Source: an uncultured Eubacteriales bacterium
Lineage (GTDB): Bacteria; Bacillota; Clostridia; Peptostreptococcales; JAAYPU01
DNA: 55,512 nt
NCBI GenBank assembly: GCA_964429195.1
Contig: CAYSBC010000004.1
Span: 1 to 55,512, forward strand
Reading direction: 5' to 3'
Under the pieces are notes generated by a model. The model was given only the letters and a program-made list of their open reading frames with translations, did not search any database and was not told where the DNA came from. Position numbers and translations under genes: made by a program. Below, in pieces: positions 19,624 through 29,570 of the stretch (its first letter is position 1; every line of letters begins with the position of its first letter).

Positions 19624-20769
19624 ATGGATTATATAAAAAACTTTGAACAACTCGTTATGGAACAATTAGCCAGAGTTGAACGTTTAAAAAATGAAGAGGA
19701 CTTTTTAGATTATCAAGGGCTGGATAAAATCATCATCGGCGTTATAGGCGGTGACGGTATAGGTCCTGCTATCACTAAGGAGGCCCAAAGAGTTATCGAA
19801 TTTTTACTGGCAAATCAAATTAAAAGCGGTAAGGTTGAACTCAGAGTCATCAATGGCTGTACGATAGAAAATCGTGCAGCAGTCGGAAAAGCCATACCGG
19901 ATGATGTCTTAGAGGAAATCAAAAAATGCCATGTTTTACTAAAAGGGCCTACCACTACACCGCGAAAAGGCGATGCTTGGGCCAATGTAGAAAGCGCTAA
20001 CGTAGCTATGCGAAAAGAGCTTGACCTTTTTGCCAACGTCAGACCTGTTAAGGTTCCTGAACTGGGTATTGATTGGACGTTTTTTAGAGAAAATACAGAA
20101 GACCTCTATGCCCTTGGCAGCCAAGGTATGAATATAAGCGACGATTTAGCTATTGACTTCAAGGTCATTACGACACAAGGAACAGAAAGAATAGCACGAT
20201 TAGCCTTTGAATACGCTAAGAATAATAACAAAAAAAGAGTAACCATTGTAACAAAAGCCAACGTTGTTAAAACAACGGATGGAAAATTCCTAGAGGTTTG
20301 TAAAAAAGTAGCCGAGGACTATCCAAATATCGAGGTTGATGACTGGTATATTGATATTATGACAGCCAAACTGATTGATGAAAAAAGAAGGACTCAATTT
20401 GAAGTCATGGTTCTTCCGAATCTTTACGGTGACATCCTTACAGATGAAGCCGCTGAATTCCAAGGCGGTGTAGGTACAGCAGGCAGTGCTAATTTAGGTA
20501 AGCGTTACTGCATGTTTGAAGCGATTCATGGTTCCGCCCCTCGCATGGTTGATGAGGGCAGAGATATTTATGCGGATCCTTCCAGCATTATCAGAGCCGG
20601 CGCCATGCTTTTAGCCCACATCGGGTATCATCAAGAAGCTGATAAACTCTACAAGGCCTTAGAAATCTGTACAATGACAGAGAAAAAAGTGACCTTGACC
20701 GGAAGAAGCGATGGCGCTACATCTTCAGAATTTGCAAATTATGTGATGGAAACGATACAAAAGCTATAG
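19624..20769 (+). CDS. icd: isocitrate/isopropylmalate dehydrogenase family protein, probably isocitrate dehydrogenase
   Basis: GDGIGP, KGPTTTP, RENTE, NLYGDILTD, EAIHGSAP; cotranscribed with aconitase. Confidence 0.82.
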   Translation: MDYIKNFEQLVMEQLARVERLKNEEDFLDYQGLDKIIIGVIGGDGIGPAITKEAQRVIEFLLANQIKSGKVELRVINGCTIENRAAVGKAIPDDVLEEIKKCHVLLKGPTTTPRKGDAWANVESANVAMRKELDLFANVRPVKVPELGIDWTFFRENTEDLYALGSQGMNISDDLAIDFKVITTQGTERIARLAFEYAKNNNKKRVTIVTKANVVKTTDGKFLEVCKKVAEDYPNIEVDDWYIDIMTAKLIDEKRRTQFEVMVLPNLYGDILTDEAAEFQGGVGTAGSANLGKRYCMFEAIHGSAPRMVDEGRDIYADPSSIIRAGAMLLAHIGYHQEADKLYKALEICTMTEKKVTLTGRSDGATSSEFANYVMETIQKL

Positions 20770-20800
20770 GGAATAAAAGCTTTGAATTGAAGTGATTGAT

Positions 20801-20839
20801 AAAAGAGAAGGGGGCGTTTTCACGGCTCCCTTCTCTTTT
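20801..20839. terminator. bidirectional terminator
   Basis: AAAAGAGAAGGG/CCCTTCTCTTTT. Confidence 0.7.
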
Positions 20840-20870
20840 ATTTATCCTCTTGCTATAGGGGGTGTTGCAG

Positions 20871-21206
20871 TTATTTTACAACTGTTAATAACATTTTGAA
20901 TTTTGTAATAGCCTTTACGGCATGAGGAATATTGGCGGGCATGACAACTGTTTCCCCTGCCTTTAATCTGTATTCCTTATCTTCAATGGTAATTAAAGCT
21001 TCCCCATCTAAAATAACAACCATGGCATCTCCGGGTGCTGCATGAGTACTCACCCCTTCTTCTTCATCAAAGGCAAGTATCGTAATCCCTACGCCCGGCT
21101 TTTGAGCTAATGTTAAGCTTGCAACCTTTCCTTTTTCGTAGTCGACTAAATTCACCAAATCAAAAACCTTGGAATGTTCAATATTTTTAATTAATACAGC
21201 TGACAT
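20871..21206 (-). CDS. cupin domain protein
   Basis: HAAPGDA..LDGE, PANIPHAV. Confidence 0.88.
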   Translation of the reverse strand: MSAVLIKNIEHSKVFDLVNLVDYEKGKVASLTLAQKPGVGITILAFDEEEGVSTHAAPGDAMVVILDGEALITIEDKEYRLKAGETVVMPANIPHAVKAITKFKMLLTVVK

Positions 21207-21211
21207 TTTAT

Positions 21212-21550
21212 CTATTCTCCTTTATTCAATGTTATTTGTAATACCTTAAAAGCACCCTTGCCACCAATAGCATGGAGTGTGTGAGCAGGTACCATCAGAG
21301 TATCCCCAGTTTTCAATAAAAGCTCTTTGCCATTTTGAGTGATGAAGGTTTCTCCCTCTAAAATAAGATACATGGTATCCCCAAAATATTCCTCTTCGCT
21401 AACAGTCTCCTTATCTGAAAATGTAAATAAAGACATCTGTACATGATTGCTTTTAGATAAGGCCATACTGATAATTTGATCCTTCTTCGGCTCAATTAAA
21501 GAAGCTATTTCCATAGGTTTTTCCGTAGGTAGGTTTCTAAGCCTTTCCAT
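21212..21550 (-). CDS. cupin domain protein
   Basis: YLILEGE, PAHTLHAI. Confidence 0.85.
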   Translation of the reverse strand: MERLRNLPTEKPMEIASLIEPKKDQIISMALSKSNHVQMSLFTFSDKETVSEEEYFGDTMYLILEGETFITQNGKELLLKTGDTLMVPAHTLHAIGGKGAFKVLQITLNKGE

Positions 21551-21707
21551 CCTTTTAATCTCCCTCCCTTATACAACTCTTAAACTTTCAATATTTTATA
21601 CTATACCCTAAAGCTCGACCCTTAAACCATCCTTACCATTTTATCTTAGAATAATCTAGTTTTCAGCTGCACTGGATAGAATCTTCTATCATAAAAAGGC
21701 GGTTTTC

Positions 21708-22209
21708 TTACACCATCGAACTTTCCAAAAGGAGCTTAGTATACTCTCTTTGGGGATGATTAAAAATATCGGTAGAGGACCCTTCCTCAATAATCTCACC
21801 CTGATACATGACATAAATTCTGTCTGAAATTTTCTGTGCCAATGCGAGGTCATGAGTGATAAACAGCATGGAGAATCCTTCTTGATTCTGTAATCCTTTT
21901 AAAAGCCTGATAATATTTGCTCCCGTAGATGGATCCAGCATGGCACTAATCTCATCTGCAATCAACAATGCAGGTTTCATAGTAAAGTTCAGTATCCTGA
22001 TAGAGAATACTCCCCTCCACTTCTGCTTTTCCTTTCAAAAGTCCCATGATGGAAAGGGCTAAAGTGGATTTTCCGGAACCGGATTCTCCTATTATTCCTA
22101 TACTGTCTCCTCGATTTACTTTTAAATGGATATGGTCTATAGCTTTTATTCCCTTACTGGAATTATAGGATACCGACAGGTTTTTTATGTTTAAAATCTC
22201 CTTTTCCAT
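21708..22209 (-). pseudogene. Opp/Dpp/Nik-type ABC ATPase, internally deleted and frameshifted
   Basis: Walker A part (GESGSGKST) joined out of frame at ~21981-21988 to the Walker B/H-loop part (LLIADE, FITHD); Q-loop and LSGGQ signature are absent. Confidence 0.85.
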
Positions 22210-22226
22210 TTTACCTCCTTATACGC

Positions 22227-23090
22227 CTATAATTTTTCATTTATTATTTTCTCCATATCTCTGCTGATAAAGGATATGGCTAGGATCAAAGATATTAAGC
22301 AAAGCAGGGGGGAGAGTACCCACCATTTCCAAAAGGGGGTGAAATAAATTCCAGAAAAATTCAGCCCTCGATTGAGCATCATTCCCCAGCTTTTTACTGT
22401 AGGATCTCCCAAACCTAAAAAAGCAATTCCTGCCTCCGCCATAATGCCATGGCTTATGATCTTTATAATGCTGACCATCAAGATAGGAAAAATTAAAGGA
22501 ATAAAATGTTTCGTCAATAAATGAAAAAATCCCGCCCCGTAGTTTCTTGCAAGTATAATGAATCTCTCTTCCTTGACTAGAAGAACCTTGGACCTGGCAA
22601 TTTTCGCAGGTCTAACCCATGATAAAAGAGAGATTACTAAAATTATATTCCCAATTCCCGAACCGAAAAACATACCCAGCACTAATATCATAGGCATATG
22701 GGGAAGAGTCATGAATATATCGCATAGTCCCATAAGGATTTTATCTATTTTTCCACCATAGTAACCTGCCAGGACTCCTAATATGCTCCCTCCCAATCCA
22801 GCTAATAAACCTGAGCTTACACCTATAAGAATGCTTATCCCTGCCCCATATAGTATTTGAGCCAATATATCGATGCCTAAATCATCTGTTCCTAAAAAAT
22901 GCTTGAGGCTAGGGGGCTCCAATGAGCTTCCTGTTGGTATTCTATGGCTATCACTTCCTGATAGAAAATAGAGAGCTCCTGTTATCAAGATTACTAAAAG
23001 AATGAAGATGCTTATTTTACCATATATGCTCATCTTACTTAGCACTGTACCTTTGAATTTTCTTATTTTCATAGCAGAACCTAACTCCAT
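22227..23090 (-). CDS. peptide/nickel ABC permease (OppC-like)
   Basis: LGTDDLGIDI, EAA-type loop, PSWG-like KSWG. Confidence 0.9.
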   Translation of the reverse strand: MELGSAMKIRKFKGTVLSKMSIYGKISIFILLVILITGALYFLSGSDSHRIPTGSSLEPPSLKHFLGTDDLGIDILAQILYGAGISILIGVSSGLLAGLGGSILGVLAGYYGGKIDKILMGLCDIFMTLPHMPMILVLGMFFGSGIGNIILVISLLSWVRPAKIARSKVLLVKEERFIILARNYGAGFFHLLTKHFIPLIFPILMVSIIKIISHGIMAEAGIAFLGLGDPTVKSWGMMLNRGLNFSGIYFTPFWKWWVLSPLLCLISLILAISFISRDMEKIINEKL

Positions 23091-23099
23091 TTTTTGTCC

Positions 23100-24059
23100 C
23101 TATCCTATTCTAGGATCCATTTTCTTACAAAAGACATCGGATAGATAGCTAAAAAATAATACCATGATAGCTATAATCAACAATATCCCTTGAATTAAAA
23201 CATAATCTCTTACTAAAAAGGCCTCTCTCATCAATCTTCCTACTCCGGGGTAGGAAAAAACATTTTCCACTAGAATAGCTCCACCAAATAATCCCCCTAA
23301 ACTCATGAAAATTCTTGCCACAATAGGAGGCATCCCATTTCTTAAAGCGTGATAAAAGAGTATGCGTTTCTTTTTTAACCCCTTACCCTTTGCTGTTTGG
23401 ATATAATCTTGGGATAAGACGGTCAACATACTACTTCGGGCAAGCAAATAGAATTCCCCTATTTTAACTAAAGAAAGCGTCAAAACAGGCAGGGTCCCAT
23501 GATAGATGATATCTATTAAATAATATAATTTTGTCTGAAAATTCCCAAAGGCTGTCATGCCGCCAGCCAATGGAAACAATCCCAGTCGCGCTGCGAAGAT
23601 AAACAATAAAAATATTCCTAATAAAAAAGAGGGTATTTCAGAAAAAACTGTCATCGAAAAATAGGCGAATTTATCTAAAAATCCATTTCTGGAATAAGCC
23701 GATACAGTTCCCAAGAAGACACCTATAATACTGCTTATAAGCAAGGACGTCAGTACGATAAAGAGAGTCCAAGGTAAGCGAGTAAATATGAGCTCTAGCA
23801 CCGAAATATTATAATAGATGCTGTATCCCAAATCCCCCTTCAAAAGACCCTTTATATAATTTAAAAACTGTATATACAAAGGCCTATCTAATCCATAATA
23901 GGCCTTATATTCTTCTATTTGTTTCTCTGAATAAGCTACACTTACATTCCCATCATCTACGGATAGGTATAAAAATGGATCTCCCGGCATGAATCTCGGC
24001 AGGAAAAAATTGATAATGAGGATGGTCGTAAAGATCAATAGATAATGCTTTTTCATCAC
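23100..24059 (-). CDS. peptide/nickel ABC permease (OppB-like)
   Basis: MPGDP, GDLGYS, ARxKGL-like AKGKGL, VENVFSYPG. Confidence 0.9.
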   Translation of the reverse strand: MMKKHYLLIFTTILIINFFLPRFMPGDPFLYLSVDDGNVSVAYSEKQIEEYKAYYGLDRPLYIQFLNYIKGLLKGDLGYSIYYNISVLELIFTRLPWTLFIVLTSLLISSIIGVFLGTVSAYSRNGFLDKFAYFSMTVFSEIPSFLLGIFLLFIFAARLGLFPLAGGMTAFGNFQTKLYYLIDIIYHGTLPVLTLSLVKIGEFYLLARSSMLTVLSQDYIQTAKGKGLKKKRILFYHALRNGMPPIVARIFMSLGGLFGGAILVENVFSYPGVGRLMREAFLVRDYVLIQGILLIIAIMVLFFSYLSDVFCKKMDPRIG

Positions 24060-25624
24060 TTTTCCCTGATTAAATAAGATAATTTATTATGATCTGTTTT
24101 ATTGTGATCATATCTGAACATCCAGCCATCGTATTTTTCTGTCACATAGACAAAGTTATCAACTGCTCCATAGAGCATAACTATAGGCACTTCATCTGCT
24201 AGGATAGCTTGCATTTCATCAATCATTTCTTTTCTCTTGGCCTCATCTCTCTCTATCGCTTGTTTTTGAGATAAGCTATTGATTTCCTCATTGTTATACC
24301 CTGCTATAGCAGCTCTACCATTCTTAGCCGCTGCATAGATTGTTCTTAAATAATCAGGGTCTCCTCCCATGCCTCCGGAATTGATTAAAAGTATTTCAAA
24401 TTCTCCCGTCTTGAGAGCATCATCTCTGGCTTTGGTTTCAGCACTTTCTATCTGAATCTCTATCCCTATATTGGCTAAATCCAGTTTTACTAATTCAGCA
24501 ATTTTGGCTTCCTCGGCGGCATTCCCTATTAAAAGTTTGAAGGAATATGTTTTCCCATCGAGGAGCTCCTTAGCTTTTTCTAAATCGAAATCATATTTTT
24601 CTATATGGGGATTATACCAAGGACTATCAGCAGGAACATAACCCATACTGCTCATCGTTGCCGAGCCTCTTGCTACATTTTCTATCAACTGATTTCTATT
24701 GATTCCATAAGCTATAGCTTTTCTAAGATGGATATCCTTTAATTCCTCTACCTTCTCCATATTCATCATCAGGCGATAACTATGATAAGAAGGCACACTC
24801 TTCACAGTATATTTATCATCCGATTGATATCTATCTAAAATATCTGCTGAAGCATTGATTAAACTGATTTCTTCATTTTCAAAGGACATCACTCTATCAC
24901 CAACCGGTACCCACTCTATGGCAGATACTACCGGCTCTAACCCCCAATATTGCTCAAAAGCTACATATTTGTATGTACCTTGCTGCGGATTATAAGTATC
25001 TAATTTATAAGGGCCACTGCCTATGGCAGCATCCTCGCCATCATATGCTTTAGGATCTTCCACATCCTCCCATATATGTTGAGGCAGAATTCTGGCAAAT
25101 CCTATTTTATTGATATAAGTATTGTCAAAGGAAAAGATTTCTATCTCCACTTTCTTCTCATCTATCCTTCTGGCTTCCTTGACTATGTATTCCCCATTTA
25201 CAATAAGCTCATTGGATACAGGCGAATGCTGGCGATAATAATTAAAGGTGAAAACTATATCTTCTGTTGTTAAAGGGGTTCCATCATGCCAAAATGCGTT
25301 CTCTACTATTTCAAATGTATAAACAGTGCCATCCTCGCTGATGCTCCAATCTTGAGCTAACCAGGGAATGTTTCCATTTTCATCTTTTTCCAATAGGGAA
25401 TCATAAAGAATCTGCATCTTGGACATTCCCGGCCCTCTGCTTGTATGCTTAAAAGGATTCGGTAAACCTGTATCACCGCCCTCCAACCTTAGAACATCTA
25501 CTTTTGTACTTTGGCCTATATCTCCCCCTGCATTGCTTTCTTCATCAATCCCCTTGCATCCCACTAAGGCCACAAGAAGAACCATCATTAAAAGAATATA
25601 TTTCATTTTATTTTTCATCGTCAA
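24056..25624 (-). CDS. family 5 substrate-binding lipoprotein
   Basis: Lipobox LVGC, LYDSL, FWHDGTPLT, IGSGPYKL. Confidence 0.9.
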   Translation of the reverse strand: MTMKNKMKYILLMMVLLVALVGCKGIDEESNAGGDIGQSTKVDVLRLEGGDTGLPNPFKHTSRGPGMSKMQILYDSLLEKDENGNIPWLAQDWSISEDGTVYTFEIVENAFWHDGTPLTTEDIVFTFNYYRQHSPVSNELIVNGEYIVKEARRIDEKKVEIEIFSFDNTYINKIGFARILPQHIWEDVEDPKAYDGEDAAIGSGPYKLDTYNPQQGTYKYVAFEQYWGLEPVVSAIEWVPVGDRVMSFENEEISLINASADILDRYQSDDKYTVKSVPSYHSYRLMMNMEKVEELKDIHLRKAIAYGINRNQLIENVARGSATMSSMGYVPADSPWYNPHIEKYDFDLEKAKELLDGKTYSFKLLIGNAAEEAKIAELVKLDLANIGIEIQIESAETKARDDALKTGEFEILLINSGGMGGDPDYLRTIYAAAKNGRAAIAGYNNEEINSLSQKQAIERDEAKRKEMIDEMQAILADEVPIVMLYGAVDNFVYVTEKYDGWMFRYDHNKTDHNKLSYLIREK

Positions 25625-25646
25625 TCTCCTCTCACATCATTTTATA

Positions 25647-26465
25647 TTATCTAACTTTCCACCATATCAGAGCCAAGGTTCTTTTTCTCTTTAAAATAAG
25701 ATGGTCTTCTAAAGATAAGAAAATTTTATCGAGATCTTTATTTCTCTCTTTTGCTATGGGTGCATATTTATCGCCATACATTTTTTTAAGCTCTTCGAAT
25801 GCAATTTCTTCCTCTGTCTCTTCTCTGATATAGCTTATCTCAGGCTCATAGCCCTTCAACCATAAAATATTGAAAATAGCGTATACCGAATCCCTATCAT
25901 TGTGGGGATCATCTCTTCTGGACAGGTCCAGTTCCCCCATGATGGCTTCTATGATATTATCCGTCATTGCAATATATTGACCAATATAACAGCTTCCTTT
26001 AGAGGCTTCCATCATCTTATCCAATGCTTGTTCATTTCTTATAGCAGGACACATGGAAGCAAAAACTAAATCAAATTTTTCATTCCACCCCATTTCTCTT
26101 ATATTGGCCTTATCCAAATCCAGTTTGACATACTCTAAATTATCTAGCCCCTCTTTTTTTGCATTGGCCTCTGCATATTCAAGCATTTTAGCTGATATAT
26201 CTGTAAGAACAACCCTATCTGCAACTTGAGCTAAGGGTATAGCATAGCGTCCTGAACCACCGCCTATATCTAAAACTTTTGTTTTTTTATCTATAAGTTT
26301 GTTTCTAATAAGATGCTCGATTACCTTAGGGGGCATGCCTTCCCTTTGCTTATTCTGCATTTTTGAATAGTTCTCCGCTCTGGAATCCCAAAAATATTCC
26401 GCATCAACTCCTTTATTCTTTTGTTTTTTAATCAATAAATCGTTATAATAGCTCCTATTATGCAT
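25647..26465 (-). CDS. class I SAM-dependent methyltransferase
   Basis: VLDIGGGSG, DIS, FDLVF. Confidence 0.88.
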   Translation of the reverse strand: MHNRSYYNDLLIKKQKNKGVDAEYFWDSRAENYSKMQNKQREGMPPKVIEHLIRNKLIDKKTKVLDIGGGSGRYAIPLAQVADRVVLTDISAKMLEYAEANAKKEGLDNLEYVKLDLDKANIREMGWNEKFDLVFASMCPAIRNEQALDKMMEASKGSCYIGQYIAMTDNIIEAIMGELDLSRRDDPHNDRDSVYAIFNILWLKGYEPEISYIREETEEEIAFEELKKMYGDKYAPIAKERNKDLDKIFLSLEDHLILKRKRTLALIWWKVR

Positions 26466-26500
26466 CCCTTATCTCCTTTTCTTTCATTTTGAAACATATT

Positions 26501-26537
26501 GCATCAATTGATATTGATAATTATTATCAATTGATGC
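26501..26537. promoter_or_regulatory. double-palindrome operator
   Basis: GCATCAATTGATA ... TATCAATTGATGC; each arm contains the palindrome ATCAATTGAT. Confidence 0.6.
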
Positions 26538-26552
26538 TTAAAAAAAAACATG

Positions 26553-27032
26553 CTACTTTGCTGTTTTTTCTTTTATGCCTGTATTCTCTTCTTTATATTG
26601 GATAATATTATCAAGCATTCTATAAAGTAACTCCCTTGCTGTCTCTCTTTCTTCTGCCGTAAAGCCCTTAGCCAATATATTATTGAAATCTTTAAAAACT
26701 TGATGAAATTCATTTTCAAAATCTCTGGATTTCTGAGTCACATAGACTCTCTTTTTTCTCTTATCCTCCGGGTCTTCTCTTCTTTCTATGTAGCCTTCTT
26801 GTTCTAATTTTTTTACCGCCCTTGCAGTGTTCGCTTTGTCTATAAATAATCTTTCACTTAACTCTTCTTGTGTTATACCATCCTCATTAAATAAAACTTG
26901 CGTCAAAAAATGCCACTGCCCTTGACCAATATTATAAGGACTTACTCTTTTGCTAATATAGCTTTGACTATACCTATATAGGGCTGAAATTGATTTTATT
27001 AACGATTTTTTTCTTAGGCCTTTATTATGCAT
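26553..27032 (-). CDS. MarR family regulator
   Basis: ITQEELS..IDKANTARAVKKLE..GYI.R..DKR. Confidence 0.92.
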   Translation of the reverse strand: MHNKGLRKKSLIKSISALYRYSQSYISKRVSPYNIGQGQWHFLTQVLFNEDGITQEELSERLFIDKANTARAVKKLEQEGYIERREDPEDKRKKRVYVTQKSRDFENEFHQVFKDFNNILAKGFTAEERETARELLYRMLDNIIQYKEENTGIKEKTAK

Positions 27033-27067
27033 TTCATTTTCCTCTCAAATCATATTAGCATATTTTA

Positions 27068-27081
27068 GTTGCGCAAGCAAC
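27068..27081. promoter_or_regulatory. possible MarR autoregulatory palindrome
   Basis: GTTGC-GCAA-GCAAC upstream of marR. Confidence 0.4.
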
Positions 27082-27096
27082 ATATTTTTTATTTAT

Positions 27097-27945
27097 TTAA
27101 AAGGGATAGACAAAACCCTCTACAGGCTCTGCCGGTACTATCCTCGAAACCTGAATCTGCGGCTCGTCATATTGGTAACCGTCATATTCATATTGACCTA
27201 TGGAGAGAATACCTTCCACAGTAACCCATGCATCTTGCTCCAATTGAGAAGCTCCTTCATACCGGCATAATATGCCTGCAATAGATAAGTCTGCTATACA
27301 ACAAGACATCATCTGGCGCCCCGGTACAAATTCATCCTCTTTGAAAAACTCTGAATCTTTAAAAACAGATCCTGTCATCTCAATGCTATAACCTTGATAT
27401 TTCTCCATATGCATATATATCTCCATCATCCATATGCCGAAGTCATCATTTGAAACTGTGATTTTCTTCTTTGCTTCATCCAAACCGGGCAAATCCACCC
27501 AAGGAATTTCATCGGATGCATCCATTTGCATATTGATGTTATCCTCTCCTATAGAATCTGTTGGCAATATATCTTCTACAGCTTCCATAGTGTTTTGACT
27601 TGATGGCTGCTGTTGCATAGAAAAAGTGTTGCCTCCCATATAGTTTGCAGAAATATCTGAAGCGCTTAAGGTTTTATGAGGCAGTAGCAGCAGCATAATA
27701 GGTATGACCAATATAAAGCAATGAGCAGATCTCACCCTATATTGGGGACGAAAAAGTCTGAATAGACTCACACAAACCCATAGGAGCATGACTATGGCCA
27801 TAAAGTAAAGATAGGGTTTCATTCTCGGCGTCACATAGGAAAGGTATCTACCGCTTCTTACCAAGTACAGCATCAGTCCTCCCAAAAAGCAATAACAGAG
27901 AATCTCCAAAAAAACTTGGGGATTAAAAGCCTTAGCTCTCATCAT
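27097..27945 (-). CDS. YcgQ/TIGR03943-like membrane protein (permease partner)
   Basis: N-terminal TMs, YVTPRM, MSCCIAD, WVTVEG; RBS GGAGG favours the start at 27945. Confidence 0.8.
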   Translation of the reverse strand: MMRAKAFNPQVFLEILCYCFLGGLMLYLVRSGRYLSYVTPRMKPYLYFMAIVMLLWVCVSLFRLFRPQYRVRSAHCFILVIPIMLLLLPHKTLSASDISANYMGGNTFSMQQQPSSQNTMEAVEDILPTDSIGEDNINMQMDASDEIPWVDLPGLDEAKKKITVSNDDFGIWMMEIYMHMEKYQGYSIEMTGSVFKDSEFFKEDEFVPGRQMMSCCIADLSIAGILCRYEGASQLEQDAWVTVEGILSIGQYEYDGYQYDEPQIQVSRIVPAEPVEGFVYPF

Positions 27946-29566
27946 CAAATACCTCCTAATCTTGCAAAAATAAAAACAACAGTAAAACATACGACGAAAG
28001 AAGTCAGCAAGAGTCTGGCAATAAAGCCCTTGGAAAACCCCGCGGATAACATCATGACATTTTTAATATCCATCATAGGTCCAAAAACGAGGAAGCCCAT
28101 AATCGCACCTAGTGGAAACTGATTGGCAAAGCTTCGAGCAACAACAGCATCGGATGAGGAACACAGCGATAAAACAAAAGACATGGCCATCATCACAATA
28201 ATAGAGATCGCAAGACCTGCTCCGCTTTGAGCAGTAATAAAGCTTCCAGTTCCCAATGCTTGAATGATGGAAGCTATGAAGCTTCCTATGACCAAATACT
28301 TCCCTACACTAAAAAATTCAACTTGGGAATGGCGGATTAATAAGCCCACTTTCCCTGATAAGGAGGTGATGGATTGGCTATCTTCGTAACAGCCACAACT
28401 ACACATTATTTGATCCAAGGTACCGCCAGATAAGACTTTGCTATTATTGGACTTTTTAATGGTAAAACTGATTCCAATAGTTATCGCGGCTACAATTCCA
28501 AAGACAACTCGACCCATGACAACGGTTAAATTCGCGCTAAAAGCATAATAGGTTGATAAAATCACCACCGGATTAATGACCGGTGCAGCAGTCATAAAGG
28601 TGATGGCTACCGGTAAAGGAATCCCTTTCCTCACCAAGCTCCTAAAGATTGGTATAGAAGCACAATCACAGACTGGAAGACAAAAACCCCCTAAAATTGC
28701 TACCAACATTCCCCATCCTAAGGATTTAGGAAACCTGCGTTCAATGAAGCTCTGGGGCACAAAGACTTGAATCATGGAGGATAAAATGACACCAATGAGC
28801 AAAAAAGGAAAAGCTTGAAGAATGATTCCAATGAATATATTAATAATAATATTGAAGGGGACTCCAAAGTTTTCTAAAAAATTGCCTACAATAAAATACG
28901 AAGAGACTATCAATAGAATCGTCACAAAAAACAAGCCTAAAGGTTGTTCTTTTCCTTTTGATAATTGTTTATAAAAGTCCTCATAAGCTCTTCTTCCATA
29001 AAGCTTTTTATGTAAATCCTTGTGATTCTTCATCTCATATATGGCTATTCCCGGATTTATTGTCTCTAACATGCGGTGAATGCGCTTATAATCCTTTATG
29101 GAGTTGACATTGCGTACTACCGACAAATCGCTGTTTGCAATCTGCTCTGGTAAAGCAGCTCCTGTTCTTCCCAGTAGATTTTCTGTCCTTAAACCATCTG
29201 CCATATGAATAACTTTTTGAATTTTACACAATTTGCGAAGTGAATTTTGTAAGAGAATATCCCTTAGTTGAGAAAATGGTACAACCCCATTCCACTCAAC
29301 CCAAATTTCATCTAGATTTTCTAGATGCTCTTGTATATAGCTGTAGATTCGCTCAACGATTCTAGCCGGCTGCTGCTCTAAATCTTTCTTAGGAAAGATC
29401 ATCTTATCATAGTTGATGTGTTGACTTTGAAATTCTTCTTCACCACTTTCGAACTGCATCACAAGGATATTGGTATCTTCCCATTCTTTTTTGCTCAGAA
29501 GAGAATTTAAAAAGATGTTTTCCCTGAGTCCAAAAATCCCGTTACAACATAAACAGGTATCGGCAT
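27945..29566 (-). pseudogene. CobW-like GTPase domain fused to a YcgR/DUF318 permease; 1-bp frameshift after codon 19
   Basis: RBS GAGGAG + ATG 29566 gives MPIPVYVVTGFLDSGKTSF*; adding one T to the T5 run (29509-29513) joins it to the 505-aa ORF (EWNG, EQIANSD, then PVCDCASIP, LCSSSDA). Confidence 0.8.
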
Positions 29567-29570
29567 CTTA

